The notes beneath the pieces are model-generated. The model was not told the origin of the DNA, ran no database searches, and saw only the letters and a list, made by a program, of their open reading frames with translations. Below, in pieces: positions 27,115 through 41,439 of a stretch of 64,000 bases of DNA (positions within the stretch are counted from its first letter, which is position 1; the number at the start of each line of letters is the position of its first letter). A program made the position numbers and the translations under genes. This DNA comes from the human T2T-CHM13v2.0 reference genome, Homo sapiens, in NCBI RefSeq assembly GCF_009914755.1, contig NC_060942.1. The stretch is one strand, 5' to 3'.

Positions 27115-28431
27115 TGCAAATTACCTAGTGGTCATATGCAGGATTTTGACTTTGGGACTCCAAATAATACGCATGATGATGAACAGGATTCCCGGAGAAG
27201 CCCCCTCCTCCACTGCCTTCAATCAGGCTGCTTTGGATGTCTTTCTCCACAGGAAGTGCATTTCTTCTCTTAGGGTTTTCTTTAACATTACTGATAACTT
27301 TGTTTCCTTGCTCTTATTCAGGCTCTGAGCTCTAACCTTCTCACTGACCATTAAGCAAAATGGCTCTCTCCTTTCATGTTCTAACGGAGCAGATGACAAG
27401 TATTTGTTTGTGTCTTCACTCACTCTACACTTCCACAGCTTTGTGCAACTCCCAATGTGTGTGTTTCTCCATTTGTGACTCTGTCATTTTATTCTAAGTA
27501 TGGGTTCTGGGGACTTTCCCCTTGAAGACAGAATCCAGTCCTGCTCTACTCATCACCCTTACAAAATGTAGTACTGTGCCTGGGGTGCACTATAATTCAC
27601 TGAATCTTGGGTGAAGAAATTTTATGCACTGGAGATACATCCTTATTTGAAACAGAAGAAACAAATTACTTGACAGGGACGCTCAAAGAGGGTTAATTCT
27701 GTACAAGAACCTGACTTTGAAAAGCTGCATAGTAAACTACTTTCCATTAAAGAAAATGGAAATTCTAGCATTGTAAAATCTCCTTAGTCTGAATGTCATT
27801 TGTTTTTATGATTCTAATTTGGAATATGTGGTAATATAAACTGCACTGACACTGTTATCATTAGACTATTAGCAGAAAGGTGACTTGCACCTGTGTAGTG
27901 TTTAATATAAGTAACATTTAAAGTAAAATAATTTTACTGTTTAAGATAAATTATTATCTAGAACTCAAAAGCACTCTCAGAAGATTGTATTCACATATAG
28001 GCACTTGGTTTGTGAATTGAATATTACATCTTAATTATGTGTGTTGGTAAAATGTATACTGTTTACTAGGTCAGTTGCAACTTAACCACAATTATCTATA
28101 TTTTTAAAATGTTATCAAAGTGGCCTACTGTCCTCAATACACTACCCTACCTTACAACTTGTAAAGTCATGTCTAAATTTTAATCAACTCTTAAGTTGAA
28201 TTGTAGGTATGCCCCTCTTTCAGCCCAGAACTAACATTTATAAACATTTTATTCTCCTTATAAAACACTGAACATAAAGAAATAATGAGAGAAAGCAAGC
28301 TTATATACTTTATTAAAGGATTCACCCTGTCATTCTAATGGATAATCAGCCCTACTCAACACTGCATACAGCATTTCAGAAGCACACATTATAAAATGAG
28401 GGACAGGCTTGTTTGATAACGTTTCCTTTGA

Positions 28432-28748
<317 letters not shown>

Positions 28749-30441
28749 TCTGGCTGCTCTTAACATGTTTATATTCACACAAAAATAGGAGATTTCACTG
28801 GAAAGAAGGTAAAGATGGGATATTGCAAGTTTTTGGTCATTTGGGGTGACTTTGAACTTTGATACTTCTAAGAAGTCCTGAGAGAATTAGCTGGCCTTGT
28901 GGCGTGGGATAAGGGGCATAAGCTCCCATTCATGATATAAGTCTCGTCCTTCGGGATCAAAAGTCATACGAGTTGCTGCCAAGGGAGCCCATCAAACCAA
29001 CTCTTGCCCTCTTATGGGTCTCAGCTTTCTCTTTACAAAGCAAATGCTAAATGCTTCATAAGAAACACAGAGAAAAAGAGAGTGAGGAGTTCCTTATGTT
29101 TGGAGGGATGGGATTTAGATTATTGCTCAGGATTTCTAGCTAGAGTCTGTTTCTTACTTCTCTTCCTATCAGCTGAAAAACCTGTTGTTGATGTTTCTTT
29201 TTCAGGTTGTCAAAAACCAGCCCCCAAAAAACCTGACAGGCCTCGTTCATTCCTCCTCCCTCAGCAATCCACAAGTGACTCTGCTTTTCATACTTGGTTA
29301 GAAGTTCTGCCTCTTAGGGTTTGTAATTTGGTTGTCTGCCTTAGGATTTTACCTATAAGAAAAGCGAACGGGGTAGAAAACCAACAAATCTTTTGAAGAA
29401 TTATTTTGTTAATTGGATTTATTGCAAGATATATTTCTCTTACTAAATTACTAGCTTTATTACTAATGACATGCAATTACAAGAGTGAATATTTTAATTC
29501 ACCTACTTAGTAAAGTAAAATAGTTTTAGTAAGTTAGATCCCAAAGGATAACTCTGGAGGATAACCTATTGCACGACATTTATCAAAACTTGCTTTTTAT
29601 TTTGCGTGGACATTATATGTTTTATCTCCCTAGCTAGGTGATATGCATCTGAAGGAAAGTCCATATCTCAGTGCCATCTCAGTGCCTTTTGTGCTGTGCA
29701 AACATATGAAATCTGGTGATGTAAAATATCCCTCTTCAATAATATGTTGATCTTTCAAGTAGAGATATATTTGAAGAAAGTGATGTTTTTAAAACCATAT
29801 ATTGTGACTACTTTCTTTTCATTTAGGAAATAGCTATCAAATATCACTTCATGGGTAAGGCGCTGGGGTTAGGTGACATGGGGACATCTTGGTGAATCAT
29901 AGAGGGAGTCCAGATCTGAGAAGGTTATGCCCCTACTCTAGCAAGGCAGATAAGACAAGCAGGCAGGAGATCAGACAGAGGACCGGAAGGCAAGTGTCGG
30001 GACAGCATCAGTGATGGAGTGCTACGGAGGTTCAGAGGGAAGGCGGATTACTCTTAGCAGGAATGTTGGCATTTATGGGAGGGTTTGTGGAGGAGGTGGT
30101 TCTTGAGCTGAGCTCTCAGTTATGTGTTCAAGAGGGAGGGGAGTTCTCAGGCAAGCCTTGCACTAATTCTACCAAAGAACAGAATGAATGGGACGTAAGT
30201 TTGAACCAAGGCCAAAGGCTGAGCACCAGCTGAAGACCCTCAACAGCCTCCACATCCACTTGACGGCACCAGTCGGTACAGATACCAAATGGTTTGGTTT
30301 GCAAAATACATCCATGAGCATACCTGAAGACCAGTGTCCACTATCTGACAACACGATTTTCATGTATAAAGCAGTTAAGAGTTTAACACAGCAAGAAATA
30401 GCTTCGAACAAAAATAAGAGAGAAAACATTGAAGTACCCAC

Positions 30442-30483
30442 CTATTTATTATTAGATATACGCGACCATTGACTTTGGCATGG
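30442..30483 (-). CDS. PIEZO2: PIEZO2 alternative microexon (~E18), (S)HAKVNGRVYLIIN
   Basis: CU-rich tract, cgtag|CCAT acceptor, TAG|gtgggt donor; 42 nt, phase 2-2; peptide matches the long-isoform insert as I recall it. Confidence 0.88.
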   Translation of the reverse strand, partial: PCQSQWSRISNNK

Positions 30484-30786
30484 CTACGAGGTGGCAGACG
30501 GAAGCACAGGGATGCAATGAGGAGACAGGTTGGAGAGAAAGAGAGGAGACTGTTAGACAGAGACGAACAAAGTGGACTCCCTTAAGCTTCCTAGCATCAA
30601 GTGTAGCCACCCTCACAGGCTTCATGCCTTGAAGAAGAGTCTAGACAGCAAGATTCAGTAGCAACATTAAATCAGACAATGTTCAGGAAAAATGCTAAAA
30701 GATAACAAGCCTCTCCCTTCTTCTCATCCCTCTCCATCTCACACACTTTATTACAAATTTGTAATGTTTAAATTTTTTAAGGTACC

Positions 30787-31080
30787 TTTTTTTTTTTTTT
30801 TTTCAGAGTCTTGCTCTGTCACCCAGGCTGGAGTGCAGTGACGTATCTTAGCTCATGGCAGCCTCCGCCTCCTGGGTTCAAGTGATTCTCCTGCCTTAGC
30901 CTCCCAAGTGGCTGGGATTACAGGTGTATGCCATCATACCTGGCTAATTTTTGTATTTTTAGTAGAGATGGGGTTTTACTATGTTGGCTTAGTTGGTCTC
31001 AAACTCCTGACTGCAGGTGATCCACCCTCCTCAGCCTCCCAAAGTGCTGCGATTACAGGTGTGAGACACAGTGCCTGGCC
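30787..31080 (-). mobile_element. Alu (S-like)
   Basis: Full dimer; flanking aaggtac repeats. Confidence 0.93.
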
Positions 31081-31306
31081 TCAAGGTACATTTTATGAAA
31101 TAAAATATAATTTAAAAAATTAATTTTTGCTGCTACCCCAGAATTAAAAAAAAAAAGGATCCTACTCAGCGGCCACATTCAACATGTTGTTTTCTAAGGT
31201 TTTGCTAAAACTATAGTTTAAAAAAAGTCATTTCATTTCTCTATGCATAATAATACTTTCTAAAACAAACCTGCATAAATTAAAGAGCTATAAAAGTAAT
31301 GAATAT

Positions 31307-31616
<310 letters not shown>

Positions 31617-32189
31617 TTAAATAGTCCTTTGTAAATCATTGCTAATTATATATTATATAATAAACAATGTTATACGTTATAATTCTTATAATATGAAATT
31701 CTATCAATATATAGGTGAAATAATATTCCTGAGATTGCCTCCTTAGGAATAATAATTTCTTCCTATATTATTACATTTTCATAAGGCTAACTTTGTAAAT
31801 TCTGTAAGTCTAAACATAATAAATTCTGCTTCATACACAAGTGACATGTGCCTACATTACATCTGTGTGCATAAGCACATATACACCAACAAGTGACACA
31901 ACAGGAAAATAAGAGTTGCATATCTCCAGAGACAACAGTGTGGAAATCAGCTTAACGAGCGAATCGGTTATTCCTGATCTGTGGGCCATTTCTTGTAAAG
32001 CAACTGTTTAGGAGGCAGGAGCAGAGAAAGCAAAGCCTGACAGTCAATCCTAACTCTCAAAATATTCCTTTTTCTTCATCATTTTGATTTTAATGTAGCC
32101 ATTGTATTAGGACTCCAAGGACAAAAAATACTGTGAGGTGAAAATTATGAGCAAGGAAAATACTCCCATGAGGAAGAGTTGCTAAAAAA

Positions 32190-32655
32190 ATATATATATA
32201 TTTAAACTTTGAACATTATATATATTATATATTAAGCTTTGAACATTTTATATATTATATGTAAAATGTTATAATTATATATTATATATTAATATATATC
32301 AATGTACATCATATTATATATCATATAATTATATATATCATATTATATATGATTATATATTATATGATATATTATATTATTATATGTAAACAATTATATA
32401 ATATATTATAATTATATATAAATAATTATATAATATATTATAATTATATATATATAATTATAATATATTATAATTATATATAAATAATTATAATATATTA
32501 TAATTATATATAAATAATTATAATATATTATAATTATATATAAATAATTATAATATATTATATAGTATATATATTATATTAAATTATATATTATATTAAA
32601 TATTATATTCTTATATTATATATATTATTATATTATATAATATATATTATAAAAT
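32190..32655. repeat. AT-rich repeat containing a 30-bp minisatellite (~5 copies, ~32400-32560)
   Basis: Unit taatatattataattatatataaataatta. Confidence 0.92.
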
Positions 32656-34893
32656 TTTCATAGAACGAAAAATGAAATCCTATGTCCTTAAACTCTTCAG
32701 AGAACTGGCATTACACACTCTTTCCTCACCCTTTACATTTACTTGGAAAATTCACCGTTAAGGGAGTGCTTAGGGCTAAGCCACAGCTGCAAGGAAGGCA
32801 AGTCAGGATTCATATCGGTACAGATCATTTAGATCTTTCTTCTCTGCCATGGGGTGCAGGGTAAGGGCTGTGAAGCGGCAGCTGAGGAAACACAGAACCT
32901 ACATCTTGACGTGGGCTGCAGTCTTTCCCCAGAACCTGCATAGGCTAAACACTGCTATACACGCTTAAAGGGAATTCTGTGGGACCTTAATTCAGTTTTC
33001 ACATACGCTAGGTCCAAACCTTGGGAGTCTCTAGGCTGGTGAACCAAATTGTCTTCTGCAAAACTGTGGTCCTGCATGTTTCTACTTTTCTGGATAAATG
33101 GTGAATTATATCTCTGTTTGATTGCGTGACAGAAGACTCAGACACATCCACATTAAGAAAAATGGCAAGAAAAAGGTTCCTGCATGCTGGAGGCACTTTT
33201 AGTGAGAAAAAAAAATGAATATGCAAGAGAAGAAATGGCATTTGGAAGAAAAAAAAGATTTTTTTTTAAAAAAGATTTCATTAGCAATGCTTAATAATTA
33301 CAACTCCTTCACAAACATATAAATTGGCTCTGCTAACTAAAATACTTTGTAATTATTGAATAGGGCCCTTGAAAAGAATGGTGAGGGCTTATAGTAAATT
33401 TAAACATGTTACATGGTCAGAATTAAATATCAAATACTAGTTTTATCCACACAGATCACAAACAATGTCAAAATAATGATTAAAAAAATCCTTTTTCTGA
33501 TTATTGACAATTCTCACTTTTATGTGCAGGCATTCTCTTTGTAAACTTTTAAACTTGGGGTGATTTTCCCTCCCATCAAGTTTGTCTATGACTGATATCT
33601 TCTAGGGTTCCCCAAACTTCTAATAACTACTTTATTTTTCCTAATGCTTGATCATCACTGAAGGTAGCAGGAGTACAGATATGGAGATGGTAAACCACTG
33701 ACCCCATCCATGCCCTCCTCCCTGCTGGGGCCTTGGGAGCAGAGAGGTTTTAGCAGAGCCTGATTTTCCTGGTGGCTAGATAGCAAAACAAGTCATGACT
33801 GATTGATACCTCTTGGTTCCATGGGTTACGAGTCATCTGAAGTATCAGAATGATAGGCGAAACACAACACAATAAGAAAAGTGAATCTGCTGGTCATAAA
33901 CAAGGATTATAAAATGTTTCTCATCATTAAATAAATGTTTTGGGTCTATCCATAACTCTAGTTCCTACACAGCAGAACGCTGGAAGTTTGGCATTTTACG
34001 AAATGCATATCATGAACTCCTACTTCATCTTCTATTGATACCTGCATTTTTTCCCTTAAAGTCAAATAATTAAGGAGAATTTTCATCCGTGGCCTCTGTG
34101 CTCCTCTCAATACAGCCCTTTGCTCCCTTAGCTGCTTAACAAGTATTTTTCCAATATCTGAATCATAGGCTAAACATGAGGCAGAAAGGAAAACCATTGT
34201 CAGCGTTCACTAAAAGAATGCTTGTGATCTCCCCGTGATGGAACACAGTGAAGGATTTGTGATAACCCATTGTGGTTTGAATAAATACGGGCAGGAAAAG
34301 TAATATCCCATCTGTTATTTGCAAACAATGTATATTTATTGATGAGGATAAAACAGCCGTAAGCTGCTAAAAGAAGATATTGTCATCATGTTGTCCTCTT
34401 AAATATGATTGTAGTTACTAGTCAATTGCAGATTCTGTTTTTTTAGCCAAAGTTCTTTATTTCCAAAGTGGAAGGGAAAACTGCCCATCATCTTTTGCTA
34501 TGCTCTCACAAGACTTCTGTACTTGTGGTTGGCATAATGGAAAAATCCTCTGAATTAGCCAGATTCCCTAAATGTTCTAAAAACATATAACCAGCCTAGA
34601 CACAAATACACATATCAACTCTAAAATATTTAAGTCTCCACAGCTACTCTGAATATCTCACAAGACGATCAAGATCACTTTACATTAACCAGTCATAAGT
34701 CACTACCCATTGTTTCAGAACGTGTCACAGAATCTTCCACATGTTTTCCTCTTTTTCTCACAAGCTGATACTCATGGAAAATTCAAGGCTGAAACTTTTA
34801 GATTACTGGCTTCTCGCAAGGTGGCCAACCTAAGGTAGGGTTGAAGGCTGCCTTCCTGCTAATAAGAGGTCTGTGTTTCTTCCAGTGGCTCAC

Positions 34894-35067
34894 CTGTAGA
34901 TGGTGTTGTCTTCTTTGCTGGGAATGGACTTGAGGTCTGTGAGTTCAAGGAACCGGTCATGGAAGTAGTGCAGGTGTAAAATGCACACCAGCAGAAAGGA
35001 GGTTGGGATGAATATGCGAGTGAATAGTTCAGCCACAGTAAACTGCTTTAAGCCAAGATCCTCAAGC
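34894..35067 (-). CDS. PIEZO2: PIEZO2 coding exon (~ex17), (K)LEDLGLKQFTVAEL...KEDNTIY
   Basis: ttgcag|GCTT acceptor, CAG|gtgagc donor; 174 nt, phase 2-2. Confidence 0.96.
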
Positions 35068-35179
35068 CTGCAAAACAAAACAAAATAAAAAGCAGGAACC
35101 TCTCTTACGCAATGAAGTCACAAACTCTTTGTGATAAACTACATCACAGTCTTACACTCCTGTCAGGTCTATCGTTTAT

Positions 35180-36495
35180 TGCATCCCTCTCTCCCATATG
35201 GTCCAATATGGCTTTCGTTTCCACCAAGCCAGCTAACCTACTTTAACAATGGTCAATAATAAACCTTGACATTCCCAAATTCCAGGACTATTTCTTCAGC
35301 TTTATTTAATTAAACCTCTGGTCCTCCTTGAAGCAAGTGTGGTCTTGACACCATCACACTCTCTTGGTTTCTTGTTCCTCCATGATCTCCTCCTTTTCTA
35401 TTGGACCTCTAGAGGCTGAAATTTCCCCAGGACTCTGTTTTGATCTCTCTTCCAGCTGTGCTTTCCCCCTAGGGAAATCCTCTTCTGTGGATTTACATAT
35501 CATCCTTACACCAAGGACTCAAAGTGCATCTACAGCGCAGGCTCCTCCTGTAAGATTCTCGTGCCCAAATTGCTACTGGAAATTGGTTGTTTCACAGTTA
35601 TTTTATATTAGTGCTTCCAAAACAGTATTCTTGATTTTCCTATTTTTCTTGGCAAAGCTGTCCTCCACATCCCTCTCCCCACTCTAGTATCCCTGAACCA
35701 ATAAATGGTACAACTGTCTACCCTGCGCAAACTGAGAAGTCAGACGCCTCCTGTGTTCTTTTCTTTCATATCTCATTCATCCACATTTCCTTCAGCATCC
35801 TAAAGCACCTCTTGAATTGCCCACTCCTGTTATCCGTCTCTGCCTCCACCAAATCTAGGGGAAGCTCCCATCATTTCTCACAGGACCGCTGCTGCTGCCT
35901 ACTAACTAGTCTCCTTGTTTCTACTCCCACACATCGCTTTTTCTCAGCTAGTCAAGGGATCTTTAAAGATTGGAAAATTCCACCAAGAACAAAATACAAA
36001 TAATGCTACCTACAAGCCATGCACATCCCAGCTGCCTGCCTGAATTCTCCCCACTCTTCGCTGTCCACTCACCCCCTGTCTTCAGTTCCTCTTATGAACT
36101 GTGCCAAACTCTGACTTGCCTCAGGACCTTTGCATGTGCTGTTCCCTCTGCCTGAAATGTCCTTCCACACCCCAGACTCCAACTCACACACTTTTCCTAA
36201 GACAAGCTTCTTCTAATGCTTCAACTGTAGTTTAAACCAGCTCCTCAGCAAAGCCCATGCCAGTCACTCATTTATAGTTCCCCCTTACTCACTGCCTCAG
36301 CCTGTTGTCTGTTTCCTTCACAGACCTGTCACAAAGTATAATAGACTTATTTTACACTAAATAGTTTTGTTTGTCTCCTCTGCTAGAATGTAAGATCTAC
36401 AGGGCTTAGATTTTGTCTGTCTTGTTCCCTGTCATATTCCAGGCACAAAACAGTGTCAGCACATGGACAGCATTTAATAAATGCTTATTGTATAG
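35180..36495 (+). mobile_element. Degenerate L2 LINE 3' region
   Basis: 'ctcaggacctttgcatgtgctgttccctctgcctgaaatg', 'ctagaatgtaagatct', 'aataaatgcttattg'. Confidence 0.7.
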
Positions 36496-37145
36496 ACACT
36501 TCAGCTGTGTTGGTGTAGTTACACAGTTATCTTTCCCTTCTAAGGGACAGAGACTTTTAAGGGACTTCCCTTCTCAGCCACATCAATATATTCAGCTCAA
36601 AACCCAATGCTGGCTGGATTTCCAAACTAATTTCAGAAGTTTACAGAAGAAAATTAGAGAAGGATAGAGCACTATCTCCCACATGCACAGGAACACCATC
36701 TCATCATCACAAGTCTATGAGCACTTGGAGAAATTTATTTCTTTTTGGCGCTAAATACTCCTTAGAATCTAAGCACCCAGCAACATAAATGAGCAAAGTC
36801 TGCTACTTTATGTTATAAGTGCATGAACTTACTTAAGAACTGAAGAACTGAGCTCCAATGTGGAGGGCAGAAAGCACGACTAAGTGTTAGGTGTGTTTCA
36901 CATGAAACTAACATTAGAAAATGTCATTTCATTAAAATTCTGAAAATTCATGGAGTGCCTATTATGTTCTAAGCTAAGGGCTAAGTAAAGAGAACACAAA
37001 AACGACTCAGTTTTAATTTCTATTATTGAGGAACTTATAGACATTGATGACATCATGCTTTACTAAAATCTTCCTTAAAGATGCTTTGAACAATATGCAT
37101 TCAAGTCTTCATCTTGTTCATCATTTTCAACTCAAAATCACTTAC

Positions 37146-37294
37146 TTTTCTTTTTTCAATCCAGTCATATTTTGCCACAGGCCTGGGAAGTTCTCAAACT
37201 GATATGTGTATATAAAGATAAGCACCAGCATAGTGTAAATAACCACTGACATCCAAAAATATTTTAGAATTTTCCTCCACCATTCATAGTGCAC
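37146..37294 (-). CDS. PIEZO2: PIEZO2 coding exon (~ex16), VHYEWWRKILKYFW...MTGLKKE(K)
   Basis: ttgcag|GTG acceptor, AAA|gtaagt donor; 149 nt, phase 0-2; not in the ORF track. Confidence 0.95.
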
Positions 37295-37454
37295 CTGCAA
37301 ATCAGACATTGAAAAAAAAATGAGAAAAAATCACTTTTAGGAAAACTCACAAAAATATTTGGTTTAATTCAAGTAAGACAAGTGATACATTTACAAGTGT
37401 CTGAAAATAAAGTCTATTTCATTTCTAGTTTTTAATGTTCCGTGTCTATCACAG

Positions 37455-37590
37455 TGGAGTGGTCCTGGGTTAGAACCCCAGTTTTATAAATGATTGCTAA
37501 CTGTGTGGGGAAGAGGCTGAACCTTCCATAAGTGCCTATTTTGCAGGGTTGCTACGAGGATGAAATAGATATTGTTTATGGGTTCCTGCA
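37455..37590 (+). mobile_element. MIR fragment
   Basis: 'cctgggttagaacccca...cctattttgcagggttgctacgaggatgaaatagat'. Confidence 0.45.
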
Positions 37591-38227
37591 AGCTATCTGG
37601 CCCATAGGGGGCGCTCAAGGAACAGTAGGGTAGGTGCTGCTGTCATTGTGGTTATCATTGCTCAGAGAAAACCACATCCATTTTGAAATTGAAAGCAATA
37701 TTGTATGAATGAAAATGTGAACCAACCACAGAAAAAAGACATCTCGTTTTACCGTAAGCTGTGGATATTCATTAGAGAACATCCATCCTGAATTTTTAAG
37801 AGTATTCAAAAGTTCACTGATTTCTTTTGAGATTTTTTTATCTTAACATATTATATACTCTTGTTTATTGTAGTTCCTTTATTTGTTTTGTTGGCTACCT
37901 GCAAGATATTTTACTCTTTCATGTGTTTCTATTATTGGGTTCTCTTTTATCATCAGTTAAAAGTGAGTCTGTGGAGAAGTAACTCATTTTAATGTATCTC
38001 ATATATTAACTTATTTTAATGAATGAAATTCTTTTAATTAATGAAATATGAAAGCAGTCAATGCACTATACATATATATATATGTACACAAAGAGCAGGC
38101 ACATGCCACACATATATCTTTTTCTGACCCTAAAGCCTGAAATGCAAAAGTATACCTAGGAATACTCTACGACTTCAGATTATCCAGCTTTTAAATTACT
38201 ATTTTAAAATATAATACAATTTTTACA

Positions 38228-38590
38228 GGCCAGGTGCGGTGGCTCATGCCTGTAATCCCAGAACTCTGGAAGGCCGAGGAGGGCAGATCGCTTGAAGCCA
38301 GGAGTTTGAAACCAGCCTGGCCAACATGGTGAAACCCCGTCTCTACTAAAAATACAAACATTAGCTGGAGGTGTTGGCACACACTTGGAATCCCAGCTAC
38401 TTGGGAGGCTGAGGCATGAGAATTCCTTGAAACTGGGAGGCAGAGATTGCAGTGAGCAATGAGCAGAGATCACGCCACTACACTCCAGCCTAAGGGACAG
38501 AGCAAGACCCTGTCTCAAAAAAAAAAAAAGAAAGAAAGGAAGGAAGGAAGGAAGGAAGGAAGGAAGGAAGGAAGGAAGGAAGGAAGGAAG
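38228..38590 (+). mobile_element. Alu with (GGAA)n-expanded tail
   Basis: Full dimer, then A-tail and about 13 GGAA units; caattttacag-like flanks. Confidence 0.92.
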
Positions 38591-38689
38591 AAATAGAAAT
38601 GTAATTCAATTTTACAGATTTTTTTTTGATCAATAATTTTTGGAAAACCTATGTATGAACTTTTTCCTGATTTTTCAACAACCTAAAAT

Positions 38690-38997
38690 TTTTATTTTTA
38701 CTTTTTTTAGAGATGGCATCTTAATCTGTTGCCTAGCTGGAGTGCAGTGGTACAAGCATAGCTCACTGCAGCCTTGACCTCCTGGGATCAAGTGATCCTC
38801 CTGCCTTGGTCTACCAAGAAGCTAGGACTACAGGTGTGCCACCACAACTGGCTAATTTTTTAATTTAAGAAAATGTTTTGTAGAGACAAGGTTTCAGTAT
38901 TTTGCCCAGGTTGGTTTGGAACTCCTGGCCTCAAGCAGTCCTCCTCCCTTGCCTCCCAAAGTGCTGAAATTACAGGCATGAGCCACTGCACCCAGCC
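38690..38997 (-). mobile_element. AluJ-like
   Basis: 'atagctcactgcagccttgacctcctggg', diverged dimer. Confidence 0.88.
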
Positions 38998-39191
38998 CTG
39001 AAATTCTGAAATAGTAAACAAGTTGAAGACAGTCATTTCCCATTTTAGGATTCTTGGGATACGATGTTTGAATCTTGCCAATCACTTTATCCATGTTCAT
39101 GAGATTCTAGTGATTTAAAATCTCTGCAAAGGTAGCTCATGTATACTCCTGGGAGAGATGTGAGAATTAAAATGGTCAACTGTGTACCTAC

Positions 39192-39478
39192 CTGGTATAG
39201 GGCCACACAGAACAGGAACAGCACCATGTAGATGATTTTGTACATTACGATTTTACCCTCGAAGCTGACGAAGAAGAACATGCCTCCGCAGACGTAGATC
39301 CAGTACTTGATGAACATGGCCACCACCAGATTGCCCAGGACTTTCATGATGTCCTGCTCATCTTCTTCTTCAGCTTCCTCTTGCTCTACCTTCTTTCTCT
39401 CTTGCTTCTCTTCCTTCGCTTCCTCTTCTTCCTCCTCTTTGGGCTCTCCTTCCACTTGTATATCTTGAAGTTCCTCAT
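39192..39478 (-). CDS. PIEZO2: PIEZO2 coding exon (~ex15), (D)EELQDIQVEGEPKEEEE...CVALYQ
   Basis: tttgaag|ATGAG acceptor, CAG|gtaggt donor; 287 nt, phase 1-0. Confidence 0.95.
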
Positions 39479-40817
39479 CTTCAAATAGAAAACTGTGCTG
39501 TTATACTTAGCTGGTTATCTGTGCAGACCACACTTTGACCATGTGATAGGTATAGGATGTAGAGGCATGCATTTTCTAAGTTATTGTATAATTTGGATGA
39601 TTTTAGACTATTCTCATAAACTCAGCAACATTTATAACTAGATTAAAAGTCAATTTTCATAACCTTCTCAAAATATAGTTTACAAGAAAATAAATTTGGT
39701 AACACTAATTTATATACAAGATCTTTTTTCTTTCTGATATCCAGTGATAGCTTTAAGTACTGTGAGATGTAAAAAATAAATAGGCAACAATAGCACAAAT
39801 CTAAATGACTATATCAATTTCAAATTCTAATTGCTTCATGGCTCTAGACAATCCAAATAGTACTTTACTAAATGTGGTTAATGCTAACAATCTTAAACAA
39901 AAAGTATACTTTTAAATAACTAAAAATTTAAGAGTTACAGCAAAACATAATTTAATTTAAATTAGATTGAAAGAGTAATTGTAATTTAAGTTTAAAACAA
40001 TTTAATGGATCAAAATAAAAAACTTATTTTGTGTTGCTTTAAAATACATAAGAGTCATCTCTGTGTTACACAGCCTTATATTTGAAGAACTTGAATAATT
40101 ATTTCAAAATAATTATTGGGGTTAATTTGAATAATTTATTCAAACAACTAGTAGATTCACAGTGAGAAGAGTGAAAATCAAGTGAGGGCTCAGAGCAACA
40201 GTTGATCTCAAATTAACCATTTTTTACCAAAATTAACTGGTTAATTTAATCACTATGTTGAACAGAGACATCCAAACTCATACAGGCAAGATTTGAATCT
40301 TATAGACAGACTTTTGTTACTGAAAAACAACTCATTGTTTAGGTCCAAATAAGAAACTAAACGTAAATATATGTGTGTGTGTATGGAGATATATATATGC
40401 CTGTATTCGTTCTTATGGTTACTGGTTTAATCTGAAGGTGACCAGCCCAGCTTCTGTGGACATTTCTAGGCTCCTTTTCACAGACAGTGCTTCTTAACCT
40501 CACAATAGTCTTCAATCCATTCTACAAATATTAAATTTACATTTATTGGCATACCTAGGGAATTAGGGAGCAAGCTGTTCTTATTTTACCTATATAGCAG
40601 GTCTAAAATTATCAAGGTGATAACATCATCATCCTCTGTTTTTACATTGTGGTATACTATTGTTAAGAAAGAAGAGAGAAGTTTTAAATGTGAAAGATGT
40701 GACTTAGCTTCTTGGTTCCAGTACTCACTAGAAGTATGACCTGGGAGGAAGCATTTAATTTCTCAGAGCCTCAGTTTTTCTTTCATTGGGAATCACCTTC
40801 GTGAGGATCAAATGGCA

Positions 40818-41118
40818 CTTTTTTTTTTTTTTTTTTTTGAGAGGGAGACTCGCTCTGTCGCCCAGGCTGGAGTGCAGCGGTGAGGTCTCGGTTCACTGCG
40901 AGCTCCGCCTCCCAGGTTCACACCGTTCTCTTCCTCAGCCTCCTGAGTAGCTGGGACTACAGGCGCCCACCACTACGCCCGGCTAGTTTTTTGTATTTTT
41001 AGTAAAGGCGGGTTTTCACCGTGTTAGCCAGGATGGTCTCAATGTCCTGACCTCGGGATCCGCCCACCTCGGCCTCCCAAAGTGCTGGGATTACAGGCGC
41101 GAGCCACCGCGCCCGGCC
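40818..41118 (-). mobile_element. AluY-like
   Basis: Full dimer, CpG-rich; TSD caaatggcac. Confidence 0.94.
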
Positions 41119-41315
41119 CAAATGGCACATTTTTAGCACTCCTGTGCAACTCTCACGTGTACCTCAAAAGTCACACGCTGTAATAACGTTACTTATTGCT
41201 CCAAGTTTACATTCCAGTTTCATTTATTCTGAAGCTGTCTGATGTATTTTGGGGCTCTTTCTCTGTAATTTTGCTGAGCACCAAACTCTCCAGCCACACA
41301 TATACACTAATTTAC

Positions 41316-41439
41316 CTTTTTCTTCATTTTCCTGACTGCCAATTTTGACTTCCGATAAAAGAGCTTCCTTTTCTTGCAGAGCTTTTTGCTCTGTGAGGTG
41401 CTGCCTCAGCAGTAGCCAAAAAGTAATGGTGAAAAGGAT
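41316..41439 (-). CDS. PIEZO2: PIEZO2 coding exon (~ex14), ILFTITFWLLLRQH...SQENEEK
   Basis: tttcag|ATC acceptor, AAG|gtaaat donor; 124 nt, phase 0-1. Confidence 0.96.
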
